Source: Octopus vulgaris (taxonomy: Eukaryota). From it: a stretch of DNA of 64,000 nucleotides. Location: assembly GCA_951406725.2 (NCBI GenBank), contig OX597838.1:30628001-30692000 (forward strand), read 5' to 3'. A model generated the notes under the pieces. That model made no database searches. It was given only the letters and a program-made list of their open reading frames with translations, and had not been told where the DNA came from. The stretch's first letter is position 1, and the number at the start of each line of letters is the position of its first letter. The position numbers and the translations under genes were made by a program. Of this stretch, positions 25,386 through 38,662 are shown piece by piece.

Positions 25386-26109
25386 GCACATGTGCTGATT
25401 TTTAAATTTCTTTTTCCCCGCCAAAGATATCATTTAATTTCGAATCTTGCAGGAGCTCACTTAACCGTTCATGCGTTGAGGAATATAAAAATAACGCCAA
25501 GTTCTATTCATAATTATTGACCATCTCATTAAATTTTGATCTTTTCTCAGTATCTATCTTTACCGTAATTGTTGCTGCTGCTGCTGCTGTTGTTGTTGTT
25601 GTTGCTGCTGCTAATCCTTTCATTAAAATAAAAATTTCCTTATAGATATTACCAATTGTTGTTGTTTTCATAACGTTTCATTGTCGTTGTTTTTACTGAG
25701 GTAGGGCGTGTTTGGATTGGCAACGAGCTCAGCCAATGGACATAATTAAACACAAGCAGGTATTTTGTCTGTCACATTAAAATTTATTGGCAGAGAAAGG
25801 CCATGAATTTCAGAGAGGACGGCCAGTCGATTACACCGACTCCACCGCTCAAAGGGTATTTATTTTATCGACCCCGAAAAGACGAAAGGCAAAGTCATCT
25901 TCAGTGGGATTTGAACTCTGAACGTAAAGACGGACGAACTTCCGCAGGGCATTTTTCCTGGCGAGCTTTTCAGTTTAATCAGTTGCTTGTGTAGATGCTG
26001 CTGCTGCTGTTTCTGTTGTTTTGCGTAAATACAATAAATACAATAAACTAATGACATCAATGCCTAACCCAATAAAATCATTAACCTCAAAAGATGAAAA
26101 AAAAAAGGT

Positions 26110-26182
26110 AGGTTCCAGGGAGTTTCGAACTCACAACCTTCTGCGTGTAAAGCAGGTGTGATAACCACTACACCATGGAACC
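26110..26182 (-). tRNA. tRNA-Val(TAC), variant or pseudogene
   Basis: Three substitutions including T-stem and anticodon-stem positions. Confidence 0.65.
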
Positions 26183-26680
26183 AACTGCTGCTCATGGTGC
26201 AAAAGGTTTTCTTATCATATATAAGTGAAATCGATCTGGAGAACTAGCTATACAACAATGGACTGTTCTATTATAGAATGAAGGTTGGAAAGCCCATGGA
26301 ACAAAAGCGTCGTTGGCTACAACATCATGAGCAACTATAGAACTTGTTTTCCTGCTTCCAGTGATGTTAAAATATATACCAGTAATTGTCTGTGACTAGA
26401 GTTTATCCACTGAACGCTCTTTAGAAATATCTGTCTGTGAGTCAAAGTTAGAAATAAAGAGTGAGAGAAGACCAAAAAGTGCGAATGGAACTGGTCCTAA
26501 TAAACCCCTAAATACATAAAATGGAAAGTGAACTCGAGCAGGATTCGAAAACCTAAATACTTTTCGTTAAGTCCCCGTTCCTGATTCCCCGCAGTGTTTT
26601 GAAAGCTACCTCGACATTAAACACTGCGCAAGTTACAACTAATCTATGATAACACAATATTTGAGGACAGTGAAGTATCT

Positions 26681-26753
26681 GGTTCGATGGTATAGTGGTT
26701 ATCACAACTGCTTAACACGCAGAAGGTCGTGAGTTCGAAACTCACTGGAACCT
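26681..26753 (+). tRNA. tRNA-Val(AAC), variant or pseudogene
   Basis: Mismatches in acceptor, D and anticodon stems. Confidence 0.6.
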
Positions 26754-26784
26754 AATTGCTTTACATTTTGCTAGTATATAACCA

Positions 26785-27180
26785 TTTCTATTCTAGGCAC
26801 AAGGCTCCAAATTTTGGAGGAAGGGGCAAGTCGATTAGATCGACACCAGTATGCAACTGGTACTTAATTTATCGACCCCAAAAGGATGAAAGGCAAAGTC
26901 GACCTCGGCGGAATTTGAACTCAGAACGTATAGACAGACCAAATATCTATTTCTTTACTACCCACAAGTGGCTAAACGTAGAGAGGACAAACAAGGACAG
27001 AAAAACGGATGAAGTCGATTATATTGACCCCTGTGCGTAACTGGTACTTAATTTATCGACCTCGAAAGGATGGAAGGCCAAGTCAACCTCGGCGGAATTT
27101 GAACTCAGAACGTAAAGACATACGAAATACCACGAAGCATTTCGCCCGGCGTACTAATGTTTCTGCCAACTCGCCGCCAT
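26785..27180 (-). mobile_element. Tandem tRNA-derived SINE units (Nin/Deu-like core)
   Basis: Paralog of 19642-20040. Confidence 0.75.
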
Positions 27181-27617
27181 ATTTTGCTAGTACATAATAC
27201 CACTATCCACATTACTGTTGGTATTGCAAATGCTGTTGTTGTCGGCGACGTTTAGTTCCAGTTGTTGTTGTTGTTACTATTGTGTTGTAGGGTGGGCCCT
27301 CTCTGCCGTCACCACCGATGAGGACGGACAGACTCAGCGATATATTAATGTTCGACATTGGAAAATTTGTCAGTAGAGACAATTGGTTTCAAATTTGTGT
27401 ACAAGGCCAGCAATTTCAGTGGGAGGAGATAAATCGCTTACATCAACTCCAATGCTCAACTGGTATGTATTTTATCGACCCCGGCGGAAGTTGAACTCAG
27501 AACGTAAAGACGGACGATATGCCGTGAAGCTTTTTACCCAGGGTGCTAACGAATCTACGAAACTGTCGCCTTACATCTTCTATATAATAAAACAATAATT
27601 AAGTGCTGGACGTGTCT

Positions 27618-27690
27618 GGTTCCATGGTGTAGTGGTTATCACATCTGCTTCACACGCAGAAGGTCGTGAGTTCGAAACTCGCTGGAACCT
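27618..27690 (+). tRNA. tRNA-Val(CAC)
   Basis: Consensus body. Confidence 0.93.
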
Positions 27691-28543
27691 CCCGTTTGTT
27701 TTCTATTTTGTTTTGACCCTGGAGTTTCTAATACAATAGGAGTGGAGACTGATATATTTAGTTTCTTGTATTTGCTGTAGTTATTGGTGCTAATACCCCA
27801 CCCGCATTTGTCTTCATCGTCAACGCTTTTCTCTTAAGACATAAATATTCATATCGACCTCGGCCAGATCTAAAATAAGAAAGATCTTACTCAAAACAAC
27901 ACTCAGTGAGGGCGAACAGAGGACTTCATGATTGTGGAGCTAATTACGTAACTATGAACAGCTCTAATACATAATGAGTGGTGTAAAGATCCAGACCGCT
28001 GTATAACGGTTTCACTACTCTATTGAATATTCTTTTCCCTTCATTGTGATATGAATATTCTTAAGAGATTGAAAAACTTAGAAATCTCTGGTTTCTATTT
28101 CCCTCTCTTTTAAAACTCAGAGAGAAACATTTTGTATGAAATGACGACGAAACCAAAAGAAGTGAAGAGAGAGAAACTGTAGTGTTCCGGATTAAAGGTT
28201 CTCTAGTATTTACAATCCGTTAGATTCTTAGTTGTTGTTTCTGATCAAACAGACATGGCTGACATTAAAGTATGTCAGCCATGACCATCTCATCTTATTA
28301 TCAAACAATCCATACAAGACCTCAGCATCCAGTGGCCACCACTCTTATTTCTCTTCCAATTCATATTTAGTGACTCTTAAAGTGTTTGATCCAAGATTTA
28401 CGAACTGGTCACTGATATATGACAACACGTGATAAGGCGGCATCTTTGATCAAAAATGTAGGGCGCGCTGTTGTTATTTATGAAGTTGATGCAAATATAT
28501 CAACGTCTATTCCTATAAAAGTATAACACAAAAAGTAAAGCTT

Positions 28544-28616
28544 AGGTTCCAGCGAGTTTCGAACTCACGACCTTCTGCGTGTTAAGCAGATGTGATAACC
28601 ACTACACCATGGAACC
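28544..28616 (-). tRNA. tRNA-Val(AAC)
   Basis: Consensus body. Confidence 0.93.
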
Positions 28617-29154
28617 AGTCGATTGTGTTTTATCAAATATTGCTTTATATAATGAGGTTGTGGGTTGTACAGAATTTATTGGTGATTTACTTTAAGAAAA
28701 GTCAATGGAATCTCAGAAATGGTAAATTAACAACAAAAAATTAGTTATATTTATTTTCAATTCAGGTTTCGAATCCTGCTGGAGTTGACTTTAACCTCCA
28801 CGTACTCAGGGTATCATAAAATATTGGTCGGTTCTTTTGGTCAAATGTACATCGAGTTAATCAACTGGGCTCTTTTTAGAAATATGTGTCTGTGTGTCAA
28901 TGTGAGAGATGAAAATTTAAAGACAGTTCAATATTTATTAAGATCAATAATTACCAGTAGAACAGGTCATTATTGTACTGACCCCTGAGGATACAGAATA
29001 GAAAGTGAACTGCAGCAAGATTCGAAATGCTAAGCTCTCCTTGTTAAGGTACCATTTTTGATACTCCACTGTGTTTTGAAAGCTAACTCTACATTAAACT
29101 ATGCACAAAATACTTGTGTATGACAAAACAATATCTGACAAAGCGACAGCATCT

Positions 29155-29227
29155 GGTTCCATGGTGTAGTGGTTATCACATCTGCTTAACACGCAGAAGG
29201 TCGTGAGTTCGAAACTCGCTGGAACCT
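29155..29227 (+). tRNA. tRNA-Val(AAC)
   Basis: Consensus body. Confidence 0.93.
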
Positions 29228-29306
29228 AAATGCCTTATATTTTATTTGTATTCGTGCCACCATCCTCATTACTGTTGGTGAGGCAAGGGTTGCTTTTTCT
29301 CACCGA

Positions 29307-29610
29307 CTTGAACTTGGCATACCAATCACGAGCGGTTCTTTCAGCCATGCCATCCTCTCCGTACATAGCACAAATGTCGCGAGCAGCTTTTGCGGTCTTA
29401 GAACCTTGACTGAAAGCAAAAAGGAGGTGTCGAAACTGCTCATTTTTCTTAACTTGACATTCCATTTTAATGATCTGGAAATAAACCAAAATTAACTAAA
29501 ATTAACTAGAAAAATAAAACAAGATTCCAAAATGATTCAAAAATAGAATTCTTGAAAAAAAAATTCTAAAATTTAAGAAAAACGGTGGGAAATTAGTTGC
29601 CAACCCAATA
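29307..29610 (-). mobile_element. Tc1/mariner transposon 5' fragment
   Basis: HTH ORF 29235-29489 plus TIR TTGGGTTGGCAACTAA. Confidence 0.82.
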
Positions 29611-29984
29611 TAATACTTATTTGAAATAAGGGGCGAAATATCAGTAACTTATTCACGTATATCACTGCAACCTAGCACTTTTAAAGTAAAAAATTGCAAT
29701 ATGTCAAATAAGAAATTAGAGAGAAGTATTCAAATGGCGTGAGGTAAATGATTTTCCCAAGGTGACATTCAGTGAAGACGAAAATTGGATCTCATGATTG
29801 CGGAGCCAACGATGTGACTTATAGACTGGCTGAGCGTACAACAAGGGGTGTAAAGATCTAGACCCATCACAGCAATAACTGAGACAAAAGGTCGTGTATT
29901 ACAAGAACAACATCAGAATTTCCAGTATCATGGGGTTGAATGCGGTAGAAACTTGTACAAGCAAAGGAAAAAAAAAGTATAATT

Positions 29985-30057
29985 GGGTTTCAGTGAGTTT
30001 CGAACTCACGACCTTCTGCGTGTTAAGCAGATATGATAACCACTACACCATAGAACC
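29985..30057 (-). tRNA. tRNA-Val(AAC), acceptor-stem variant
   Basis: Shares the GGTTCTA/TGAAACC variant with the CAC copies at 8466 and 16121 but has AAC. Confidence 0.7.
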
Positions 30058-30611
30058 AGGTGCTAATGAGACACAAATGTTTCTTTAACAAATACAAATG
30101 GTAACTTATACACAGTTTACAGTTGATTTACCTATAAAAAGATAGTGGAATATAAGAAATGGTAATTTAAGAAGTATTTAGTTATATTTATTTATAGTGA
30201 GGGTTTCGAATCCTGTTGGAGTTCACTGCACCTTCCATGTATTCAGGAGATTATAAAATATTGGTCACTTCTTTTGGTCAAGTGTACATAGAGTACATCC
30301 ACTGGGCTCTCTTTAGAAATATCTGTCTGTGTGTCAATGCTAGAGAGAAGATATTGAGAGAAGATCAATATTTATTTTATCAATATTTATTGCAAAGATC
30401 AATAATTTTCAATAGATCAGGTCATTATTGTATAAACCCTCAATGCATAAAATGGAAAGTGAACACAACTAGGATTCGAAACTGTATACAATTGTTGTTG
30501 ATTCACCCTATCTGATACACCACTGAGCATTGAAAGCTGCTCCAACAGTAAATTGTGTATAAGATACAACTTGTGTATGATAAAGCAATATTTGAGAGAA
30601 CTCAAGCATCC

Positions 30612-30684
30612 AGTTCCATGGTGTAGTGGTTATCACATCTGCTTAACACGCAGAAGGTCGTGAGTTCGAAACTCGCTGGAACCT
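30612..30684 (+). tRNA. tRNA-Val(AAC), G1A variant
   Basis: Full length; 1:72 mismatch. Confidence 0.78.
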
Positions 30685-31232
30685 GACTTTGCTTTATATA
30701 TTTTGCTCGTACATTAACTCACCGCTCGCATTACTGTTGGTACTGCAAGGTGCAGCTGTTTTGTTCCAGTTGTTGTGGCGCTCCACCACCCGGCAACCAC
30801 CAATGAATATAATTAAACGCAACCATGAATTAAAGGTTTCCATTATAAAATTTCTCGTTCGAGACACACAATTTGTTTTCAGATTTTTGCACAAATTCAG
30901 TAATTTCGACGATCCCAGTGACTTGCAGGTGATTATTTTATCGACTCCGAAAGGATAAACGGTAAAGATGCACTTACAGATCAATTACATCAACACCCGG
31001 CTTCCACCCACAGTATAAATTTCATCAACCCCCAAGGGATGCATGGCAAAATTGATGTCATTGAAATTTGATCTCAGAACACAAAACGCCAAGAGTAACG
31101 TCAATTTGCAGTTTCTTCGACACAGTAACAATTCGCTTTACTGTCCTATGTAATAAAACTATACAAGAAGAAGAAGAAGAAAGAGAGGATGGTTGAGTCC
31201 AAAACAAGTAAAGAAAGCCAAAAACAAATCAT

Positions 31233-31305
31233 AGGTTCCAGCGAGTTTCGAACTCACGACCTTCTGCGTGTTAAGCAGATGTGATAACCACTACACCATG
31301 GAACC
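31233..31305 (-). tRNA. tRNA-Val(AAC)
   Basis: Consensus body. Confidence 0.93.
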
Positions 31306-31717
31306 AGACAAAAAAAATTGGTCTAAAATATTGCTTATCATACAAAAGTTGTTTCTAATACCGTGATTAATGTTGAGTTACTGCCAAACTACAAAGGTGT
31401 ATCAGAATCGATACGTAAACAAGAAGTGTTTCTTTCTCGCCAGGGTTTCGAATCCTACTAGATTTCCTCAAACATCTATTGTTTCAGAGGTTCATAAAAT
31501 AATGACTAGTTCTATTGGTAATTATTGGTCTTCTCAATAGATATTGATCTCATCGCAGTATCTATCTCTAACCTTGACACAGACACTAATGTTCAATGGA
31601 GAAACTCAAACCACCGTATATTACTGGTATATATTTTAACGTCACTTTATTATGAAAACTCCAGACCGATTTCACTTACGTATGACCATAAAAATATTGA
31701 GTGGTGAAGCAGCGGAT

Positions 31718-31790
31718 GGTTCCATGGTGTAGTGGCTATCACGTCTGCTTCACACGCAGAAGGTCGCGAGTTCGAAACTCGCTGGAACCT
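31718..31790 (+). tRNA. tRNA-Val(CAC)
   Basis: G26/C50 subtype. Confidence 0.92.
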
Positions 31791-31971
31791 GCACATGTGC
31801 TGATTTTTAAAAATTTCTTTTTCCCCGCCAACGATATCATTTAATTTCGAATCTTGCAGGAGTTCACTTCACCGTTCATGCGTTCAGGAATATAAAAATA
31901 ACGCCAAGTTCTATTCATAATTATTGACCATCTCATTAAATTTTGATCTTTTCTCAGTATCTATCTTTACC

Positions 31972-32015
31972 GTTGTTGCTGTTGTTGCTGCTGCTTCTGC
32001 TGCTGTTGTTGTTGT

Positions 32016-32050
<35 letters not shown>

Positions 32051-32070
32051 TTGTTGTTGTTGCTGCTGCT
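31972..32070. repeat. (GTT/GCT)n compound microsatellite
   Basis: Direct reading. Confidence 0.9.
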
Positions 32071-32583
32071 AATCCTTTCGTTAAAAAATATTTACTTGTA
32101 GATATTACCACCACCATCATAATTCTTTCTATTGCTATTGTTGTTGTTTTCAGAACGTTTTATTGTCGTTGATTTTACTGAGGTAGGGCGTGTCTGGATT
32201 GGCAGCAATCTCAGCCAAAGGACATAATTAAACACAGGCAGGTATTTTGTCTGCCACATTAAAATTTCTTGGCAGAGAAAGGCCATGAATTTCAGAGAGG
32301 ACGGCCAGTCGATAACACCGACCCCACTGCTCAAAGGGTACTTATTTTATCGACCCCAAAAAGATGAAAGGCAAATCCATCCTCGGTGGGATTTGAACTC
32401 TGAACGGACAAAATTCCGCAAAGCATTTTGCCTGGCGCGCTTTTCAGTTTAATCTGTTGCTTGTGTAGATGCTGCTGCTGCTGTTTCTGTTGTTTTGTGT
32501 AAATACAATAAATACAATAAACTAATTACATCAATGCCTAACCCAATAAAATCATTAACCTCAGAAGATGAAAAAGAAAAGCT

Positions 32584-32656
32584 AGGTTCCAGCGAGTTTC
32601 GAACTCACGACCTTCTGCGTGTAAAGCAGATGTGATAACCACTACACCATGGAACC
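32584..32656 (-). tRNA. tRNA-Val(TAC)
   Basis: Consensus body. Confidence 0.93.
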
Positions 32657-33118
32657 AACTGCTGCTCGTAGCGCAAAAAGTTTTCTTATCATATATAAGT
32701 GAAATCGATCCGGAGAACTAGCTATAAAACAATGGACTGTTTTATTATAGAATGAGGGGTGGAAAGCTTTCAGTGATGTTAAAATATATACCAGTAATTA
32801 TCTGTGACTAGAGCTTATCCACTAACGCTCTTTAGAAATATCTGTCTGTGAGTCAAAGTTAGAGATAAAGAGTGGGAGAAGACGAAATATCTATTGCAAA
32901 GACCAAAAAGTCCGAATGGAACTGGTTCTTATAAACTGGTTCTTATAAATACATAAAATGGAAAGTGAACTCGAGGAGGATTCGAAAACCTAAATATTTT
33001 TTTGTTAATTCACCGTTCCTGATTCCCCGTAGTGTTTTGAAAGCTACCTCAACAGTAAACTCTGCGCAAGTTACAACTAATCTATGATAAAACAATAATT
33101 GAGAATACACAAGCATCT

Positions 33119-33191
33119 GGTTCCATGGTGTAGTGGTTATCACATCTGCTTCACACGCAGAAGGTCGTGAGTTCGAAACTCACTGGAACCT
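33119..33191 (+). tRNA. tRNA-Val(CAC)
   Basis: Consensus body. Confidence 0.93.
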
Positions 33192-34035
33192 ACCATTTGT
33201 TTTGTTTTGTTTTGACCCTGGGGGTTTCTAATACAATGGGAGTGGAGACTGATATATTTAGTTTTTTGTATTTGCTGTAGTTATTGGTGCTAATACCCCA
33301 CCCGCATTTGTCTTCTTCGTCAACGCTTTTATGTTAAGACATAAATATTCATATCGACCTAGGCCAGATCTAAAATAAGAAAGATCTTACTCAAAACAAC
33401 ACTCAGTGAGGGCAAACAGAGGACTTCATGATTGTGGAGCTAATTACGTAACTATGAACAGCTCTAATACATAATGAGTGGTGTAAAGATCCAGACCGCT
33501 GTATAACGGTTTCAATACTCTATTGAATATTCTTTTCCCTTCATTGTGATATGAATATTCTTGAGAGATTGAAAAACTTAACAATCTCTGGTTTCTATTT
33601 CTCTCTCTTTTAAAACTCAGAGAGAAACCTTCGCGTGAAATGGCGACGAAACTAAAAGAAGTAAAGAGAGGGAAACTGTAGTGTTCCGGATTAAAGGTTC
33701 TCTAGTATTTTCATTCCGTTAGATTCTGAGTTGTTGTTTCTGATCAAACAAACCTTTAAATAAAATATGTCAGCCATGATCATCTCATCTTATCAAACAA
33801 TCCATCTTAGTCTTCAGTGTCCAGTTGCCTCCCGTCTTATTTCTCTTCCAATTCATATTTAGTGAGTCTTAAAGTGTTTGATCCTAGATTTACGAACTGG
33901 TCACTGATATGTGACAACACGTGATAAGGCGGCATCTTCGATGAAAAATGTAAGGCGCGCTGCTGTTGTTTTTGAAGTTGATGCAAATATATCAACGTCT
34001 ATTCCTATAAAAGTATAACTCAAAATGTAAATCTT

Positions 34036-34108
34036 AGGTTCCAGCGAGTTTCGAACTCACGACCTTCTGCGTGTTAAGCAGATGTGATAACCACTACACC
34101 ATGGAACC
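34036..34108 (-). tRNA. tRNA-Val(AAC)
   Basis: Consensus body. Confidence 0.93.
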
Positions 34109-34629
34109 TATTGATAGTAGTTTATTAAATATTGCTTTATATAAAAAAAGTTGTGGGTTGTACAGAGTTTAATAGTTATTTACTTTAAGACAGTGGAATT
34201 AACTAGAAAAAAAAGAAGTATTTAGTTATATTTATTTATAGTGAGGGTTTCGAATCCTGTTGAAGTTCACTGCACCTTCCATGTATTCAGGAGATTATAA
34301 AATATTGGTCACTTCTTTTGGTCAAATGTAGATAGAGTACATCCACTGGGCTCTCTTTAGAAATATCTGTCTGTGTGTCAATGCTAGAGAGAAGATATTG
34401 AGAGAAGATCAATATCTATTTTATCAATATTTATTGCAAAGATCAATAATTATCAATAGATCAGGTCATTATTGTATAAACCCTCAATGCATAAAATGGA
34501 AAGTGAACACAACTAGGATTCGAAACCCTATACAATTTTGTTAATTCACCGTTGCTGCTCTAACATTAAATTGTGTATAAGATACAACTTGTGTACGATA
34601 AAACAATATTTGAGAATTTTGAAGCATCC

Positions 34630-34702
34630 GGTTCCATGGTGTAGTGGTTATCACATCTGCTTAACACGCAGAAGATCGTGAGTTCGAAACTCGCTGGAAC
34701 CT
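34630..34702 (+). tRNA. tRNA-Val(AAC)
   Basis: Full length; variable-loop substitution shared with 13115. Confidence 0.88.
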
Positions 34703-35334
34703 GACTTTGGTCTATATATTTTGCTCGTACATTAACTCACTGCTTGCATTACTATTGGTACTACAAGGTGCTGCTGTTTTGTTCCAGTTCTTGTGGCGCT
34801 CCACCACCCGACCGCCACCAATGAATATAATTAAACGCACCCATGAATTAAAGTTTTCCACTTTGAAATTTCTCGTTCGAGACACTCAACATTGATTTCT
34901 GATTTTTGCACGAGTTCAGCAATTTGGGGAAGGCGATAAATCGATGACATCGATCCCAGTGATTATTTTATCGACCCCTAAAGGATAAACGGTAAAGCTG
35001 AACTTGGTGGCATTCGAACTCAGAACGTAAAGAATGACAAAATGCCGACAAGGATCTTGGTCCGGCGCAGGAACCATTGTGCATCGGGTTATCACAGCCG
35101 CTTTGCTCATATAGAGTCACGTGTTCGATACTCACTTGAACATTTTAACATTATTATTTTGGTTTGGTTCTGTTAGGAATTATGTGGACAGCAGGTTACT
35201 ACCTGTCAGGTATCCGTAAGTCTTCGGCAATCTTTCAAGTGCTTAGAACCCACCTGATAATCGTTGCTGTCTCTAAGAGACAAAGTTTCTTTAAGAACAC
35301 AAAAACGCATTCTATTCCAGTCTCCTTTGTACGG

Positions 35335-35406
35335 GCTTCCATGGTGTAGTGGTTATCACATCTGCTTCACACGCAGAAGGTCGTGTGTTCGAAATCGCTG
35401 GAACCT
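35335..35406 (+). pseudogene. tRNA-Val(CAC), probable pseudogene
   Basis: Same lesions as 13820-13891. Confidence 0.7.
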
Positions 35407-36126
35407 GCAGATGCTTTTTATTTACATTGGGGCTTCCAATTTCACGAGAGTGGGGATTGATAAATTTAGTTTGATGTATTTCCTACAGTTATTAGTGCCA
35501 GTATTTGTCTTCATCGTCGGCTCTGAAGCTGGTGTTACTGATGGTGGTGTTGTAACTTTTACAACTTCTGTGATCTCTACTGTTGTATGGTGGTAGAGAA
35601 AACGGATCTTTTCTGTTGCCGTAACAGTTTTTTGAAATTTAAAATTGAGAGAAAATTTCCAGATTTGGTCCATTGATGTAATTTTTCACATAGAACCTGA
35701 TGTTATTATTCACTTATTCCAGAAAAATTTTAGAAAAATATTACATTAATAGGATGTTGCAAATTGTTTTGTTGTCGACGAAATTTTGCAATGTCTCTCT
35801 GAATGGATAAAATGTGTTTAGTTATGTCCCTTTGTGTCATCCATTGTTGGTTTTTGGCGGTGGTAGTGGGGCGGCAGATCAATTACATCAACACTCGGCT
35901 TCCACCCACTGTACATATTTCATCGACCCCGAAGGGATGCATGGCAAAATTGACGTCTTTGAAATTTGATCCCAGAACGCAAAGCGCCAAGATTAACGTC
36001 ACTTTGCAGTTTCTTCGACACAATAACAATTCGCTTTACAGTCCTATGTTATAAAACTAACAACAACAAGAAGAAAGAGAGGATGGTTGCGTCCAAAACA
36101 AGTAAACAAAGCCAAAAAGAAATCAC

Positions 36127-36199
36127 AGGTTCCAGCGAGTTTTGAACTCACGACCTTCTGCGTGTTAAGCAGATGTGATAACCACTACACCATGGAACC
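36127..36199 (-). tRNA. tRNA-Val(AAC)
   Basis: Full length; T loop TTCAAAA. Confidence 0.82.
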
Positions 36200-36747
36200 A
36201 GTTGACGGCATTTTATCAGATCTTGTTTTATATAAAGAAGTTGTGGGTTGTAGTACAGCGTTTAATGGTGATTTACTTTAAGAAAATACAATGGAATCTC
36301 AGAAATGGGAAATTAACAACAAAAAATTAGTTATATTTATTTTCAATTCAGGGTTAGAATCCTGCTGGAGTTGACTTTAACCTCCACGTACTCAGGGTAT
36401 CATAAAATATTGGTAAAATATTGGTTCTTTTGGTCAAATGTACATCCAGTTTATCACCTGGGCTCTTTTTAGAAATATCTTTCTGTGTGTCAATGTGAGA
36501 GATGAAAATTAAAAGACAGTTCAATATTTATCAAGATCAATAATTACCAGTAGAACAGGTCATTATTATACTGACCCCTGAGGATTCAGAATGGAAAGTG
36601 AACTGCAGCAGGATTCGAAATGCTAAGCTCTCCTTGTTAAGGTACCATTTTTGATACTACACTGTGTTTTGAAAGCTAACTCTACATTAAACTCTGCACA
36701 AAATACTTGTGTATGACAAAACAATATCTGATAGGGCGACAGCATCT

Positions 36748-36820
36748 GGTTCCATGGTGTAGTGGTTATCACATCTGCTTAACACGCAGAAGGTCGTGAG
36801 TTCGAAACTCGCTGGAACCT
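36748..36820 (+). tRNA. tRNA-Val(AAC)
   Basis: Consensus body. Confidence 0.93.
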
Positions 36821-36899
36821 AATTGTTTCATATTTTATTTGTATTCGTGCCACCACCCTCATTACTGTTGGTGAGGCAAGGTTTGCTTTTTCTCACCGA

Positions 36900-37138
36900 C
36901 TTGAACTTGGCATACCAATCACGAGAGGTTCTTTCGGCTATGGCACCCTCTCCATACACGGCACAAATGTCGCGAGCAGCTTTTGCGGCCTTAGAACCTT
37001 GACTAAAAGCAAAAAGAAGGAGGTGTCGAAAATGCTCGTTTTTCTTAACTTGGCATTTCATTTTAATGATCTGGAAATAAACAAAAATTAACTAATATTA
37101 ACTAGAAAAAAAATAATTCCAAAATGATTCCAAAATAG
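36900..37138 (-). mobile_element. Tc1/mariner fragment
   Basis: ORF 36828-37061 mariner HTH. Confidence 0.78.
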
Positions 37139-37252
37139 ACACAGTAACAATTCGCTTTACAGTCCTATGTAATAAACCTAACAACAACAAGAACAAGAAG
37201 AAAGAGAGGATGGTTGCGTCCAATACAAATAAACAAAGCCAAAAAAAAACTT

Positions 37253-37325
37253 AGGTTCCAGCGAGTTTCGAACTCACGACCTTCTGCGTGTTAAGCAGAT
37301 GTGATAACCGCTACACCATGGAACC
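37253..37325 (-). tRNA. tRNA-Val(AAC)
   Basis: Full length; one D-loop change. Confidence 0.9.
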
Positions 37326-37855
37326 AGTCGGTAACCAGCTCCAAATGTTGCTTTCACAAATACAAATGGTATCTTATGCATAGTTTGCAGTTGATTTACG
37401 TATAAAAAGACTGGAATATTAGAAATGGTAATTTAAGAAAAAGTATTTAGTTATATTTATTTATAGTGAGGGTTTCGAATGTCGTTGGCGTTCACTGCAC
37501 CTTCCATGTATTCAGGAGATTATAAAATATTGGTCACTTCTTTTGGTCAAGTGTACATAGAGTACATCCACTGGGCTCTCTTTAGAAATATATGTCTGTG
37601 TGTCACTGCTAGAGAGAAGATATTGAGAGAAGATCAATATTTATTTTATCAATATTTATTGCAAAAATCAATAATTATCAATAGATCAGGTCATTATTGT
37701 ATAAACCCGCAATGCATAAAATGGAAAGTGAACACAACTAGGATTCGAAACCCTATACAATTTTTGTTAATTCACCGTTGCTGCTCCAACATTAAATTGT
37801 GTATAAGATACAACTTGTGTTTGATAATGCAATATTTGAGAATGCTTAAGCATCC

Positions 37856-37928
37856 GGTTCCATGGTGTAGTGGTTATCACATCTGCTTAACACGGAGAAG
37901 GTCGTGAGTTCGAAACTCGCTGAAACCT
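37856..37928 (+). tRNA. tRNA-Val(AAC), variant or pseudogene
   Basis: Anticodon-stem and acceptor mismatches. Confidence 0.65.
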
Positions 37929-38300
37929 GACTTTGATTTATATATTTTGCTTGTAATTTAACTCACCGCTCGCATTACTGTTGGTACTGCAAGTTGCAGC
38001 TGTTTTGTTCCAGTTGTTGTGACGCTCCAACACCCGGCCACCACCAATGAATATAATTAAACGCAGCCATGAATTAAAGATTTCCACTTTAAAATCTCTC
38101 GTTCGAGACACTCAACGTTGGTTTCAGATTTTTGCACAAATTCAGCAATTTGGGGAAGGCGATAAATCGATGAGATCGATCTCAGTGATTAGCAAGTGAG
38201 GATCGTTTCGGTTTGAACGGCAGTTTCTTCTAGCGGTGTCATATGAAATTGTCACCGATAATTATGACCCTAGTATCAATCTATTGCATTTCAATCTGTT

Positions 38301-38324
38301 TTAGGGTTAGGGTTAGGGTTAAGG
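38301..38324 (+). repeat. (TTAGGG)3 interstitial telomere-like motif
   Basis: TTAGGGTTAGGGTTAGGGTTAAGG. Confidence 0.7.
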
Positions 38325-38583
38325 TTATACCGTATATGCTCTTTTGTCACTTCCATTATAGCTTTGAAAAGATAACTTTTAAAATCGACCTGCACTCCTC
38401 AAAGAATAAGGACAAGGTAAAATTACTACCTGCTTTCATAGAAAGTTGATGCAGGTAGTTTATCCCCACTCTGACTTTCAGTTCATGCAATTAAAAAATT
38501 CGCATTATTTATGGGATGACCCAATCGAACAAAAAAAAAATTCAATCTACACCCCCAACTCAGAGTTAAAAGGAAAACAACCT

Positions 38584-38656
38584 AGGTTCCAGTGAGATTC
38601 GAACTCACGACACTCTGCGTGTGAAGCAGATGTGATAACCACTACACCACTAAACC
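38584..38656 (-). pseudogene. tRNA-Val(CAC) with damaged 5' acceptor strand at the LINE junction
   Basis: Intact from T8 onward; 5' strand reads GGTTTAG; shares diagnostic variants with the intact copy at 63132. Confidence 0.75.
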
Positions 38657-38662
38657 ATTAAA

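Larger units (their letters stand above)
28800..37140 (+). repeat. Higher-order segmental duplication, copy 2 (pairs with about 7300-15650)
   Basis: Colinear at about 21.5 kb offset; boundaries approximate. Confidence 0.85.

Noticed and set aside
38301-38324. True telomere
   Set aside because: Only three perfect hexamers, located internally.
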